Shown here: positions 1-10,231 of the stretch, one piece after another
How the letters are laid out: the number at the start of each line of letters is the position of its first letter
Numbering within the stretch: position 1 is the stretch's first letter
DNA from: Candidatus Hadarchaeota archaeon
GTDB lineage: Archaea > CAYQAE01 > CAYVLA01
Direction of reading: 5' to 3'
Assembly: GCA_964621445.1 (NCBI GenBank)
Contig: CAZUNO010000003.1
Location: forward strand, 128,001-192,000
Length of the DNA stretch: 64,000 bases
The notes under the pieces: generated by a model
The model's database searches: none
The model's input: only the letters and a program-made list of their open reading frames with translations
What the model was told of the DNA's origin: nothing
Position numbers and translations under genes: made by a program

Positions 1-1
1 G

Positions 2-1657
2 GGGGAGGGGGCTAAGATGGTGGAGGCGGCCCGGGCCCTTAGCGACATCATGGTCAAACTTGGTGTAGCCGTGGACGGCGGAAAGGACAGTCTTTCCATG
101 GCCGCCAACCTCCCAACCGGTGAACGGACGGAGACGGTGATATCTCCCGGATCGCTAACCATCTCCGCATACGTAACATGCAAGGATATCAGGGCGACCA
201 TAACTCCGGATATCAAGAATCCTGGTCGCAGCGTGCTGATCCTGGTCGACCTGGGGTCGGGTAACGCCAGGCTCGGAGGGTCCGCGCTGGCCCATGCATA
301 TGGCCAGATAGGCAAGACCTCTCCTGATGTGGAAGACCCCGGTACCCTGGAAAGGGCCTTCCGGGTGACCCAGTCCCTGATCTCCCGACGGATTATCGAG
401 GCCGGGCATGACCTTAGCGATGGTGGTCTCATTACCACATTACTGGAGATGGCCTTTTCGGGGAACTGTGGATTCACGGTCCATTTGGAGGAGGAAAGGG
501 AGTCCTGCATCCCCAGGCTTTTTTCCGAGGAGCTCGGTCTGGTGATCGAGGTCCTGTCAAGTAATCAGCAGGAAGTACTGAACGCGTTCCGGAATGCCGA
601 GGTGCCCTGCAAGGTTCTGGGGACCACAGAAACAAACCGCGAGGTGAGAATCGAGTTTAACGGGGAGGTCGTGCTCTCCGAGAGCATGGAGGTACTCAGG
701 GATATCTGGGAGGAAACCAGCTACCAGCTTGAGAGGCTCCAGGCCAACCCCCGATGCGCGGATAGCGAGAGAAGGGCCACCTCCAAACAGGAGCCCCCGC
801 CCTACAAGGTCAGCTTTGACCCCCGGAGGACGCCATCAAGGGCCTTGTCGAGCCAGCAAAAGCCACGGGTGGCAATCCTGAGGGAGGAGGGCAGCAACGG
901 GGACAGGGAAATGGCCTCTGCTTTCCACAGCGCTGGATTCGAATCCTGGGACGTTACCATGACCGACCTGCTTGAAGGGAGAATTAACCTGGATATCTTC
1001 CAGGGAATCGCCTTTGTGGGAGGATTCAGCTACGCCGACGTTTTGGACTCAGCCAAAGGCTGGGCGGGCCTCATCAGGTTTAATGAGGACTTATGGGGCC
1101 AGTTCACGGGATTTTACGAGAGAGAAGATACCTTCAGTCTCGGGGTCTGCAACGGCTGTCAGCTAATGGCCCTTCTGGGATGGGTCCCCTGGGCGGGAAT
1201 AGAAAGTGGTAATCAACCCCGGTTCATTAGCAATGAATCGGGAAGGTTCGAGTCCAGGTTTAGCACGGTCAGGATACTCCCCAGTGAATCCATAATGCTC
1301 AGGGGCATGGAAAACTCCGTATTGGGAATATGGGTGGCCCATGGGGAGGGCCGGGCCTACTTTCCTGAACAGGGTATCGAAAAGAGGGTCCTGAAGCGGA
1401 AGCTAGCACCACTGCGATATGTGGACCGGAATGGAGAGATGACCGGGGAGTACCCCTTCAACCCCAATGGATCACCAGAAGGCATTGCCGCCTTGTGCTC
1501 CCCAGATGGCCGGCACCTGACCATGATGCCCCACCCGGAGAGAACATTCCTTAAATGGCAATGGCCCTGGATGCCCCCAGAACTCAAAAAAATGGAAGCC
1601 TCTCCATGGCTTCGTCTCTTCCAAAATGCCATGACCTGGGTTGATGATCACCGATAA
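2..1657 (+). CDS. purL: Phosphoribosylformylglycinamidine synthase, large fused type (C-terminal part; gene begins before the window)
   Basis: DGGKDSLSM, HDLSDGGL and LFSEELG synthetase motifs fused in frame to a glutaminase domain (GSNGDREM, GGFSYAD, GVCNGCQ, MMPHPER); frame is open to the window edge. Confidence 0.95.
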   Translation, partial: GEGAKMVEAARALSDIMVKLGVAVDGGKDSLSMAANLPTGERTETVISPGSLTISAYVTCKDIRATITPDIKNPGRSVLILVDLGSGNARLGGSALAHAYGQIGKTSPDVEDPGTLERAFRVTQSLISRRIIEAGHDLSDGGLITTLLEMAFSGNCGFTVHLEEERESCIPRLFSEELGLVIEVLSSNQQEVLNAFRNAEVPCKVLGTTETNREVRIEFNGEVVLSESMEVLRDIWEETSYQLERLQANPRCADSERRATSKQEPPPYKVSFDPRRTPSRALSSQQKPRVAILREEGSNGDREMASAFHSAGFESWDVTMTDLLEGRINLDIFQGIAFVGGFSYADVLDSAKGWAGLIRFNEDLWGQFTGFYEREDTFSLGVCNGCQLMALLGWVPWAGIESGNQPRFISNESGRFESRFSTVRILPSESIMLRGMENSVLGIWVAHGEGRAYFPEQGIEKRVLKRKLAPLRYVDRNGEMTGEYPFNPNGSPEGIAALCSPDGRHLTMMPHPERTFLKWQWPWMPPELKKMEASPWLRLFQNAMTWVDDHR

Positions 1658-1668
1658 ATTTCATGCAC

Positions 1669-1863
1669 CTATATCCAGGAGCCCCTCGCCTTTCTTAGTC
1701 CCTCACGCCTGGACCTGAGTCTGAGGGCCCCGGCGATACGAAGCATCTCGCCACAGGAGGTACATGACCAGTCCGGCGTTGGTTCCGTAAACGTCCTTCC
1801 GCACCGAGGACAGGCATACCTCAGATCCTCATCCTCCCCCTCGGACGGCATATTGAAATCCAT
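1669..1863 (-). CDS. Small zinc-ribbon (CPxCG-type) protein
   Basis: YACPRCG...CTSCG with acidic N-terminus and basic C-terminus; start uncertain (ATG at 1863 or 1851). Confidence 0.6.
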   Translation of the reverse strand: MDFNMPSEGEDEDLRYACPRCGRTFTEPTPDWSCTSCGEMLRIAGALRLRSRREGLRKARGSWI

Positions 1864-2078
1864 TTGGCTACTCACCCCCCTTTGCCCTTCTTTCTGTAAA
1901 GGTAAGCAGGCATTCAATGTCAGTGAACTCGGTTGCCTCTTTTCTCAAACAACCGGCGTATAAGACCATGTCATCTTCGCTGATATGCCATTATTTATTA
2001 ATATTGCGTTTATTATTTGAAAATAATGTAAATATTACTTGAATATGGACTACTTTTTCCGGTTGCTACGTATAGATT

Positions 2079-2387
2079 TCAGCCCTTGCGGAAACCGAGG
2101 TAGGCCCCGGCCCCGAATGCCCCAAAAACCGAAAGCGAGACCACGGCCGTGGACCAGTAGGATTCGACCTGCTGGAAGAGCAGGGCCACTATCTCGTCCG
2201 CAGAACGTCCCAGATCCCGGTTAATCTCTACAAACCCCTGTTGCTGGAGGTAGATTAGGGAAGCACAATAAATGCCCATCACTATCAGTAAGTATTTCAT
2301 AAGCTTCTTGGCCACGAATCCAGTGGCGAAACCGATAATGCCCCAACCCCCAATGCTGGGGAGATGGGAGAACATTTCGCTGGACAT
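2079..2387 (-). CDS. FUN14 family membrane protein
   Basis: GFATGFVAKK, YLQQQGFVEIN and FGAGAYLGF pattern typical of FUN14. Confidence 0.85.
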   Translation of the reverse strand: MSSEMFSHLPSIGGWGIIGFATGFVAKKLMKYLLIVMGIYCASLIYLQQQGFVEINRDLGRSADEIVALLFQQVESYWSTAVVSLSVFGAFGAGAYLGFRKG

Positions 2388-2564
2388 GATCTGTAAATTA
2401 GACTCCCATATTAATAATGTTTACTGTTAATTGCAATATTTAGACCCCAGGGGTGAATTTTTTGCATATATAATGATAAATACCCCGCGGTTTTCCGAAT
2501 GTTTTCCTTTTAGAAAGGGGGATCAAATATATCTTTGACCCTTCTCAACATATGGGGAGACCAA

Positions 2565-3230
2565 TTGAAAATCGCTATCAAGATCGGGGGCTCCATTTCC
2601 ATCAACGGGGAGGGTCCTCGGAAGGATTTTGTATCAAAATTTGCAGAGGTCGTCCGTGACATATCCTTCGATACTCTATGCGTTGGAATTGGAGGGGGGA
2701 AGTTGGCCAGAAACTACCTGCAGGCAATTGAACCCTTCCTCAACGACCAGGAATCGGAATTGGTCGTCCTGGACATTCTCAGGGCAAATACCAGGTTCAT
2801 GGCCTCGGTTCTTGGAGGACGGGCCGTTCTGGATGAATCCTCTCTAAACCTGCTTTCCAGAGGCCAGGACGGCATTCTGGTCATCGGAGGAATCAAGCCA
2901 GGAAGAAGCACAGATGCAAATACCGCTCTCCTGGGCGAGAAGGTCGGCGTTGACCTATTTGTAAAGATGACCAACGTGCGGGGGGTCTTCGATGCGGACC
3001 CCGCGTCCGACCCCGGCGCCCAGCTCATCAGGAGGATGACCTACGACCAGCTATACGAGCTTTCCATCGAGGGGAGCCCCGGTAGTTATGGAATACTGGA
3101 CCGTCTAGCAATTGATGTACTCAAGCGGTCGGGAATACCCACCCGTATCATCGATGGTCGGCGACCGAAGGGGCTAAAGATGGTCCTGGAAGGCAAGGAC
3201 CTAGGAACCCTGGTGCTCCCCGAGGATTAG
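2565..3230 (+). CDS. pyrH: Archaeal UMP kinase
   Basis: IKIGGS, GGGKLARNY, GGIKPGRSTD and TNVRGVFDADP motifs; TTG start after GGGGAG. Confidence 0.88.
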   Translation: MKIAIKIGGSISINGEGPRKDFVSKFAEVVRDISFDTLCVGIGGGKLARNYLQAIEPFLNDQESELVVLDILRANTRFMASVLGGRAVLDESSLNLLSRGQDGILVIGGIKPGRSTDANTALLGEKVGVDLFVKMTNVRGVFDADPASDPGAQLIRRMTYDQLYELSIEGSPGSYGILDRLAIDVLKRSGIPTRIIDGRRPKGLKMVLEGKDLGTLVLPED

Positions 3231-3240
3231 GGCCCCTGTC

Positions 3241-4242
3241 TTACTTCTCGGAGGCTGCCCGGTTTATGGCGACCTCCGCTATATCGGTCCCATAATCCCC
3301 TATTCTCTCCAGGCTCTCAATTACCGAATTCAGGGTTACGCTGATGTTCGGCTCTAGCTTGGACAGCATCTGCTTGAACCGTTCGCTTCGCTCCCCCAGG
3401 TCCTTTCTGAGGTTCAGTGATTTATTGGCTAGTTCTAAATCACCATCCAAGAGCGCCCTCACGGCCCCCTCATGAATTTCTCGTGCCGATTCGTTTAGAA
3501 GCCTCAATTCCGCCTTTTCCCTTCCATCCAATTTTCCGATAAGCTTAAGGACATTCCTGGCCATTTTCTCCCCGTGATCCGCGATATGCTCAATTCTCCT
3601 GGCAACTGACTGTAAATCAAGGCACTCTATAGGCTTAAGGCGCAGGGAGGCCGAGGTGGCAGGATTGGATGCAGCCTTTCGCAACTGGCGTAGATTCAGG
3701 AAATGGAGGCGATCCACATCATCGTCCCGGTCAATTGCCTCTTTTGCCAGGTCGGGATTATCCGTAACCAGGGCCTCCATCGCATCCTCCTGCATCTTAG
3801 CGGCGACATTGTGGGTTCTGGCGATTCCACGCCAGACATCTACATCCCTCATGTCGATCAGGCCCTCCAACAGGTACCTGTCCCCGGACTTCTCGATTAT
3901 CTCCAGGCCAACCAACTTCCTTTGAACGCCCTCAATGGCCTCCTTCTGGCCGGAGGAAAAGCCCGAGTCCGAAATTAAGGTAATGGCGTCGCAACCATTC
4001 AGGTAGCTGGAAATTATCCCTCTAGCTAGCGAGCGCTCCGGGGTTCTGCTCGAAACCTCTATAGTCCTCTTCCTAACGGGGTCCAAATCTCCAGCGTGGG
4101 GCACGATGACAATGGTCCCGTCCATTTGAGCGATCAGGCTTACCGGTACCTGCTTCTTCAAGCCTACTCGCCTGGCCCAATCCTTCGGCAGGGAAATGGC
4201 GTAGGTTGAACCGCCTATAAGTTGAACCCTTCTTTTATCCAA
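3241..4242 (-). CDS. phoU: Phosphate uptake regulator (AbrB-like N-domain plus two PhoU domains)
   Basis: RRVQLIGGSTYAISLPKDWA N-terminus; DDDVDRL, IEHIADH and LERIGDY PhoU repeats. Confidence 0.9.
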   Translation of the reverse strand: MDKRRVQLIGGSTYAISLPKDWARRVGLKKQVPVSLIAQMDGTIVIVPHAGDLDPVRKRTIEVSSRTPERSLARGIISSYLNGCDAITLISDSGFSSGQKEAIEGVQRKLVGLEIIEKSGDRYLLEGLIDMRDVDVWRGIARTHNVAAKMQEDAMEALVTDNPDLAKEAIDRDDDVDRLHFLNLRQLRKAASNPATSASLRLKPIECLDLQSVARRIEHIADHGEKMARNVLKLIGKLDGREKAELRLLNESAREIHEGAVRALLDGDLELANKSLNLRKDLGERSERFKQMLSKLEPNISVTLNSVIESLERIGDYGTDIAEVAINRAASEK

Positions 4243-4270
4243 TAAAATATACTCCTATATTGATCTATAA

Positions 4271-5287
4271 TTAATAGTGATAGTAAAAACTTTTCGTCCA
4301 TCTACCCCTGCAATCACATTCAAGGGCTTTTAGCTGGGAGGGGTCCTGGCTCAATGAAAAGTCCCGAACCATCTGCTTTCCCTTGCTGCTGCACTTTCGA
4401 CAGTTGTGTGGGCCCCTTCTGGTCCCGAATGCTACGGTGTCGCATATCAGGTTCTTGCTGGGATCGAGGGCATCCCGGGCGGAGCGCAAGATTCTCAAGA
4501 CCGTCCAGATCCAGGGAGGTCGATAGTTACCTCTCTTATAAAGACTCTCCACCAAGGTCCCCTTCTGGACGTTGCATGCGTTTATGGAGATTGAATCCGA
4601 ATACTCCGCCGATTCTTCAACGCTTTTTACCGTGTCGTAGGCCGCGTCGAATTCGCTCAGAAATGGCGGTTTGACTAAAAGATAGGTTTTAACCCGGGCT
4701 CCCGAGTTTCTTACCACAATGGACTTTTTTCTAAATCTCTCGAATGTGAATCCCTTCCCTATGCAGTTCTTTCTGACCCAATCACTCGAAGATTCCAGGC
4801 CCATAGCCACCTCGATCTCCAGGTCAGGGAGCCCCGAGACCAGTCCAGAAACCAGGGAGGACTCTATAAATTCGGGTCTTGATTCCACGGTGAGTTCGGA
4901 AAGCCCACTGACCCCCCTTAGCTCCTGGATCAGGTAATCCCTGGCCTCCCCCCTCACCTCTCGGGTATCAAAGAAGCTACCAGAGGTGAAAATCTTGAGT
5001 CCAAATGGCCCCTTAGATGCCGGTAAGATTGCCAGCATCTCGTCCACCTGGGCCTTTAGCTCCTCTACCTCGACCTCTCGACCGCAGGTATCCGCTATAT
5101 ATCCACACATCGAACAGCCGCCGGTTTCACGTGCCCATCGACAACCGCCCGTATCAAGTATGGCGTAATAGATGACCCCGGGGCCGTGAAACATCCTGTC
5201 CCGTGCGGACCAGAAGCTAGGGTTGATCTCGTCCCTGGTTCTCACCTCTCTAATCCTGCTGATGCGTTCCCTGATATTACTCGACAG
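4271..5287 (-). CDS. Archaeosine biosynthesis radical SAM protein RaSEA (TIGR01210-type)
   Basis: GCRW...GGCSMCGY, KIFTSGSFFD, VESRPEF, YLLVKPPFLSE and RGPHNC motifs; start either GTG 5245 or CTG 5287 (GAGGAG upstream of the CTG). Confidence 0.88.
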   Translation of the reverse strand: MSSNIRERISRIREVRTRDEINPSFWSARDRMFHGPGVIYYAILDTGGCRWARETGGCSMCGYIADTCGREVEVEELKAQVDEMLAILPASKGPFGLKIFTSGSFFDTREVRGEARDYLIQELRGVSGLSELTVESRPEFIESSLVSGLVSGLPDLEIEVAMGLESSSDWVRKNCIGKGFTFERFRKKSIVVRNSGARVKTYLLVKPPFLSEFDAAYDTVKSVEESAEYSDSISINACNVQKGTLVESLYKRGNYRPPWIWTVLRILRSARDALDPSKNLICDTVAFGTRRGPHNCRKCSSKGKQMVRDFSLSQDPSQLKALECDCRGRWTKSFYYHY

Positions 5288-5374
5288 GTGTTTCTCCTCT
5301 GATCCGAATGGATGCGGTCCTCCAGTTCTGAAGGTGAGAGTTAAAGGAGTTATATCTTTTCAAGTAACGTACCC

Positions 5375-6664
5375 ATGCCCAGCATTTTCCACTTCGAACT
5401 CAACCGACCTTCGAGAATGGACAAGCTTCTAGGTCAAGTTATATCCTCAGCCCAGACACCAGCTTCCCTTGAAGTATCGGGTTTCGTGGGGAAGGAATCC
5501 TTCTCCGGAACCGTGGACTGCCCTTCCATCCCCCGTGGGAGATGGGGAACAGGCGCCATCCAGCTCGGCAGCCCCCTGGAAACCGGTTTTCTGTTACATG
5601 ACCAGGCCGGACCTGGTGAGGGGCATGGCGATTTACCTTCCCTGGTCGAGTCCCGTGCCATCTACGGCCCGGAATCCCCGTTATTTGGCACCTTTATCCT
5701 CAGAAGCTCCGATGGTAATTATATAGGGAGGGATGTATTGGGAACCCGTCCCCTTTTCTCCGGCAAGGGTAAGGGAACTGCATTTGGAAGTGAACCACGG
5801 GTTCTAAAAGAACTGGGATTTGGGGACATACGGAACTTTCCCCCGGGAAAGATACTTGATAGTTCGGGCAGGAGACGTGAACTGTCCTCGCAAATACAGA
5901 TACCTGACCATAGATCGGTCAATCTAAAAGGGCTAATCGATAGACTCTACTGGTTTCTCGAATCCACGCCCTCCCCCCGAGCCATCTTTTTTTCAGGAGG
6001 GATTGACAGCCTTATCCTGGCGAAGATCTCGGAGGAAACCGGGGAAACAATCCTGATCACTGCAGGGGTGCCTGGTTGTAAGGACTTCTCCGGAGCCAGA
6101 GCAGCCTCAAAAATACTCTCCAGCGACCTACAACTGGTCAAAATCGATCCGTGTGATATTCCAAATGATGTGGATGATATGGTCCCAATTATCCATGACC
6201 AGAATAAAATGAACCTGGCAATATGCCTTCCCATTTTACATGCCGCGGGGGCCTGCTCGAATCAGGGGATCGAGCATGCCATTACCGGTCAGGGTGCCGA
6301 TGAACTGTTTGGAGGATATCACAAGTATCTCTCCAAACCGAAATACGAGAGATCGATGTTCACTGACCTGTTCAACCTGCACGAGAGGGGGATGGATGCA
6401 TGCGATCTAGCTTCCCGGGCGAGGGGTGTAAGGCTGTTCCTTCCCTACCTTGACCGGGAATTCATCAAGACCACCCTCCATTTACCTCCCGGGATGAAGA
6501 TAGATAATGATAAGAGAAAGGTCGCTCTCAGAAAGATAGCTAAGAAGCTAGACATTCCCCAGGCCCTTTCTTCAACCAAAAAACGGGCCATGCAGTACGG
6601 TTCAGGGGTAAACAAGTATGTGAAAAAATATCTCAGGAGGAATGGAACTGGAAAGCGACCTTGA
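5375..6664 (+). CDS. Asparagine synthase-like N-type ATP pyrophosphatase with degenerate amidotransferase domain
   Basis: RDVLGTRPLF, FSGGIDS, GQGADELFGGY, PYLD and KKRAMQYGSG; no N-terminal catalytic Cys evident. Confidence 0.8.
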   Translation: MPSIFHFELNRPSRMDKLLGQVISSAQTPASLEVSGFVGKESFSGTVDCPSIPRGRWGTGAIQLGSPLETGFLLHDQAGPGEGHGDLPSLVESRAIYGPESPLFGTFILRSSDGNYIGRDVLGTRPLFSGKGKGTAFGSEPRVLKELGFGDIRNFPPGKILDSSGRRRELSSQIQIPDHRSVNLKGLIDRLYWFLESTPSPRAIFFSGGIDSLILAKISEETGETILITAGVPGCKDFSGARAASKILSSDLQLVKIDPCDIPNDVDDMVPIIHDQNKMNLAICLPILHAAGACSNQGIEHAITGQGADELFGGYHKYLSKPKYERSMFTDLFNLHERGMDACDLASRARGVRLFLPYLDREFIKTTLHLPPGMKIDNDKRKVALRKIAKKLDIPQALSSTKKRAMQYGSGVNKYVKKYLRRNGTGKRP

Positions 6665-7214
6665 CGATTCACAAAAGAAAATCCTGGCCCTGAGCCGGGA
6701 GCACGGACTTTCAGCTATACAAAGGATACTGCTTGGGCATGATGGATCAATGACCCGGCTTCTTGAACTGGCCAGCGGCCACCAGGTCTTTTTACATACC
6801 CTGAAGCAGGTGGTTATACCCTGTCCGGCCGACATATCAAAGATCCTACAGATTTCTCCTCAAGAGAGGGTTAACGAGAGAGAGATAGTAATGAAACGAG
6901 ATGCTGATGACCGCCCGCTACTTCATGCCATATCCTATACACCCCTTTCAAGACTTGAAAAGAGGTTCAGGTCCGACCTCATGAAGGCCGACATCCCCAT
7001 AGGACGCCTAATGCAGAGATATAACATGGAAGCGAGGAGAGAAATCACCGAGGTCGGTCTGGAGAGGGAGAATGAACGTCTATCCCATATTTTGGACTGT
7101 GAGGGCCCCTTTCTCTGGAGGTCGTACATCATATTCAAAGACGAGATACCCCTGATAACCATTCATGAATCCTTCTCGACCGATGTCATCTCCAGTGCCC
7201 GCGAAAGCACTTAA
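6642..7214 (+). CDS. Chorismate pyruvate-lyase-like / DUF98 protein
   Basis: QRILLGHDGSMTRLLE, ADIPIGRLM, EARREI and LITIHESF. Confidence 0.85.
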   Translation: MELESDLDDSQKKILALSREHGLSAIQRILLGHDGSMTRLLELASGHQVFLHTLKQVVIPCPADISKILQISPQERVNEREIVMKRDADDRPLLHAISYTPLSRLEKRFRSDLMKADIPIGRLMQRYNMEARREITEVGLERENERLSHILDCEGPFLWRSYIIFKDEIPLITIHESFSTDVISSAREST

Positions 7215-7249
7215 ATCGGCCAGATATGGCTTGGATGTGAGGAATCTAT

Positions 7250-7933
7250 TTGGATATTGGAAGGAGAAGGGACCTCCACATGCACACCATCCTTAGCGAT
7301 GGAGGTATGATCGCCTCTGAGGTCGCTCGCAGGGCCGAGAACCTCGACCACGCATTGATAGCCATTACCGATCACGTTGACAAGTCCAATATCGATATCT
7401 GTCTCTCGGGACTACTGGACGCTTTGGCCGACATCAATTCCCTATCTGAAATATCCGTGCTGGCCGGGGTGGAAATCACCCACGTTCCACCAGCGACCAT
7501 AGATGAAATCGCCAGGCAGGCCAAGTATAAAGGGGCAAATATAGTGGTCGTGCACGGCGAAACCGTGGCCGAGCCGGTCCAGCCGGGAACCAACGCCGCG
7601 GCCGTAAACTCCCCCTATGTGGATATCCTTGCCCACCCCGGCTTGATCTCTCCCGAAGTGGCTCAAACGGCCAGGGAAAACGAGGTTTACATCGAACTGA
7701 CGGCTAAGGCAGGGCACGACAAGACCAACCCGCACGTAGCCAAGGTATGCCGCGAATGCGGTGCCAAGATGGTGGTAAATACCGACCTCCATTCTCCAGA
7801 TGATTTCATCTCTCAAACGGAGGCACTGGAAATTGCGCTAGCGGCGGGCCTGGACAGAAAACAAGCCATTCAAACGGTAAGGGAAAATCCCATTGAGCTA
7901 TCTAGTCGTGCTGCCCTTCATTTCCGTCGATAG
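7250..7933 (+). CDS. PHP-domain phosphoesterase (archaeal histidinol-phosphatase-like family)
   Basis: DLHMHTILSDG, AITDH, GVEITHVPP, VHGET, ILAHPG and NTDLH. Confidence 0.9.
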   Translation: MDIGRRRDLHMHTILSDGGMIASEVARRAENLDHALIAITDHVDKSNIDICLSGLLDALADINSLSEISVLAGVEITHVPPATIDEIARQAKYKGANIVVVHGETVAEPVQPGTNAAAVNSPYVDILAHPGLISPEVAQTARENEVYIELTAKAGHDKTNPHVAKVCRECGAKMVVNTDLHSPDDFISQTEALEIALAAGLDRKQAIQTVRENPIELSSRAALHFRR

Positions 7934-9275
7934 ACCGTAATAACCTCTTAACGATCCTACCTTTTTTAAGATCCGCCTTTTCCGCGCTTGTCCATAGGCT
8001 ACTTCGCCTATTCTCTCTATCCCCGGCATCCACATCCACCACCCTCTTCACCTCGGTGTACGGGCTCTCCCTGAACCGGGGCAATAAACGCTTCTCCCCG
8101 GCAGGGCCTTGGATAAATACCTGGTCTCCCTCCACTTCTCCTATTCTTTTCGATTTAACCCCCACTTCTTCTAGCTTAGCAATCAACGAGGCTGAAATGG
8201 AGGGTTTACAGAAGACGAGGAGGGAATCCAATGAAACCCCAAGAACGTCAACGCCCCGGTCCTCCAGTAGCTTCTTGACCCTCGGGTCTGGCAGGGAAAG
8301 TATTTTCGACTCATTTACCCTGGCCCCGTGACCGCATTCCTTGGCTATCTCGTGGAGATCGGCTCGAATACCTCCGTTGGTTACATCGGCCATGCAGTGG
8401 ATTCCATCAACTAGTTCGCTATTCAAGATGGCCCTCGCGGCCACCAAAAAATCCACGTTTATCGTTTCCTGGACCACTTCCGGTTGGCCCGAATAAATTG
8501 CCGTGGTGCATATGGTTCCTCCTCCGGCACCCTCGGTCATTATTATGTCGTCCCCCCTTCGCACATCCCTACGTGGGAAAAGACGTTCTGCACTTCCAAA
8601 AGCACTGACCCCTCCCGTTAGCCGGGAACCTATTACCATGTCCCCGCCGATTCTAAGAGTGCTTCCCCCCAGTACTGGGCAACCGATAACTTCACAGACC
8701 GAGCTAACCCCTGCCATGAACTCGAATAGCTTGGCTACATCCCCATCATCCGCGAGATGGAGGTCTACTAACAAGCCGCCGGGGGATGCCCCCTTCACAT
8801 ATAAATCCCGAAATGCGGCCCGGGTCACGTGGAATCCGGCCAGGAAGGGGAAATCGCTAAGCCTTGAATGCATTCCTTCCATCTTGACCACCAGATACCG
8901 GCCCTTATCGGTATGTATCGCCCCCGCATCGTCCATGTCCTGGGGGGAGAGAACGGCCGCGCCTCCGGTGTAGGAGAGGTCGCTTAAAATCTCATGAACG
9001 AAGAAATCACCGGTTCCCCTGCAGCCCACGCCCTGCTCACCCATGGTCACCCCTGATCTAGAATAACCAATAACGCTCTCCTCCTGGTCCCCGGCAACAA
9101 GGCTGGCCTTGACCTCGGAGACGATTGCCCGGGCAATCCCTCGGGCCCTTTCCCGGTCAGTATCCTTAAAATCCAGTATCTCACCGGTTAACCTGGTTAT
9201 GATATCCTCTTCCCCAGTCTCCTTCGCCAACAGGTTACGAGCCAACCCTTCAAGATCCGCCATTTTCATCACCAA
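7902..9275 (-). CDS. AIR synthase-related (PurM/HypE-like) protein of the methanogen-associated type
   Basis: GVTMGEQGVGCRGTGDFFVH, EGMHSRLSDFPFLAGFHVTRA and DVTNGGIRAD. Confidence 0.85.
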   Translation of the reverse strand: MVMKMADLEGLARNLLAKETGEEDIITRLTGEILDFKDTDRERARGIARAIVSEVKASLVAGDQEESVIGYSRSGVTMGEQGVGCRGTGDFFVHEILSDLSYTGGAAVLSPQDMDDAGAIHTDKGRYLVVKMEGMHSRLSDFPFLAGFHVTRAAFRDLYVKGASPGGLLVDLHLADDGDVAKLFEFMAGVSSVCEVIGCPVLGGSTLRIGGDMVIGSRLTGGVSAFGSAERLFPRRDVRRGDDIIMTEGAGGGTICTTAIYSGQPEVVQETINVDFLVAARAILNSELVDGIHCMADVTNGGIRADLHEIAKECGHGARVNESKILSLPDPRVKKLLEDRGVDVLGVSLDSLLVFCKPSISASLIAKLEEVGVKSKRIGEVEGDQVFIQGPAGEKRLLPRFRESPYTEVKRVVDVDAGDRENRRSSLWTSAEKADLKKGRIVKRLLRSIDGNEGQHD

Positions 9276-9355
9276 GGCCCTACAGGTCCCGCGAGCATCA
9301 TTCCTTTCCTCTGGAAGGTAATTTCGCTACTTCTCGAGATATTTATCAGCCTTAC

Positions 9356-10231
9356 TTGGGCCTAAACTACCGGGAGGCAGCTTTGATAGATATTAGCAAT
9401 TGCCGACCTGATCCTGATTTCAACGGTAAAACCTATGAGAGAATCGCGAGAACACTAAACCTAGATACCTATGCTGATCACGAAGCCACTCAAATTCTCC
9501 ATTCCCTTATGATGGGCAGGGCAGAGGAATCCAGAAATGCCTTGGACCGGCTTGAAGAACTTGTAAACTCTAGACCTGCCTTCGTATTTGGGTGTGGACC
9601 TTCCCTGGATAACCATATCGCGGGATGCATTTCCTATCTGAGATCCGCAAAGGTGGTGACAATAGCCGCCGATGGTGCAGCATCTGCCCTCATTGACAGG
9701 GAGGTCCTGCCAGATATCGTGGTTACCGACCTGGATGGAATACCGTCCGATATTTCCCTGGCATCAAATAGGGGAACCATAGTACTACTACATGCACATG
9801 GTGATAACCTGAACTCGGTTCGGAGATGGCTGCCAAGAATCAACAACGTTATACCTGTGACCCAGACCGAACCGACGGACCTTGTTCACAACTTCGGAGG
9901 TTTCACGGATGGAGACAAATCAGTACATGTAGCCTGCCTGTTCGGTTGCTCGGCCTTGCTGCTTGCTGGAATGGACTTTGGAAACGAGGTGGGCCGATGG
10001 TCGTCTCCACAAGGCCCTCATGATGACCTTGGAATGAAACTGAAAAAGCTGGAAATTGGTAGTGAACTAACAGCCAGATGCATATCAGAATGTGGTGCAC
10101 CTGTGTATTCACTCCCACCCAGCCCATTCGACTGGGTTCCTGAAATTGAGTGCCAGAGACTTCCCAAAATTTTGGGCGCTAGGAGAACGAGAGATGAAAG
10201 ACAAGATGCTAATCGAAAAAATGATGCCTGA
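9356..10231 (+). CDS. mptE: 6-hydroxymethyl-7,8-dihydropterin pyrophosphokinase (DUF115)
   Basis: GCGPSL, IAADGA, PDIVVTDLDG, HAHGDN and NFGGFTDGD. Confidence 0.9.
   Translation: MGLNYREAALIDISNCRPDPDFNGKTYERIARTLNLDTYADHEATQILHSLMMGRAEESRNALDRLEELVNSRPAFVFGCGPSLDNHIAGCISYLRSAKVVTIAADGAASALIDREVLPDIVVTDLDGIPSDISLASNRGTIVLLHAHGDNLNSVRRWLPRINNVIPVTQTEPTDLVHNFGGFTDGDKSVHVACLFGCSALLLAGMDFGNEVGRWSSPQGPHDDLGMKLKKLEIGSELTARCISECGAPVYSLPPSPFDWVPEIECQRLPKILGARRTRDERQDANRKNDA

Noticed and set aside
2079-2387. FUN14 as a eukaryotic signature protein
   Set aside because: FUN14-family proteins are already known from many archaea and some bacteria
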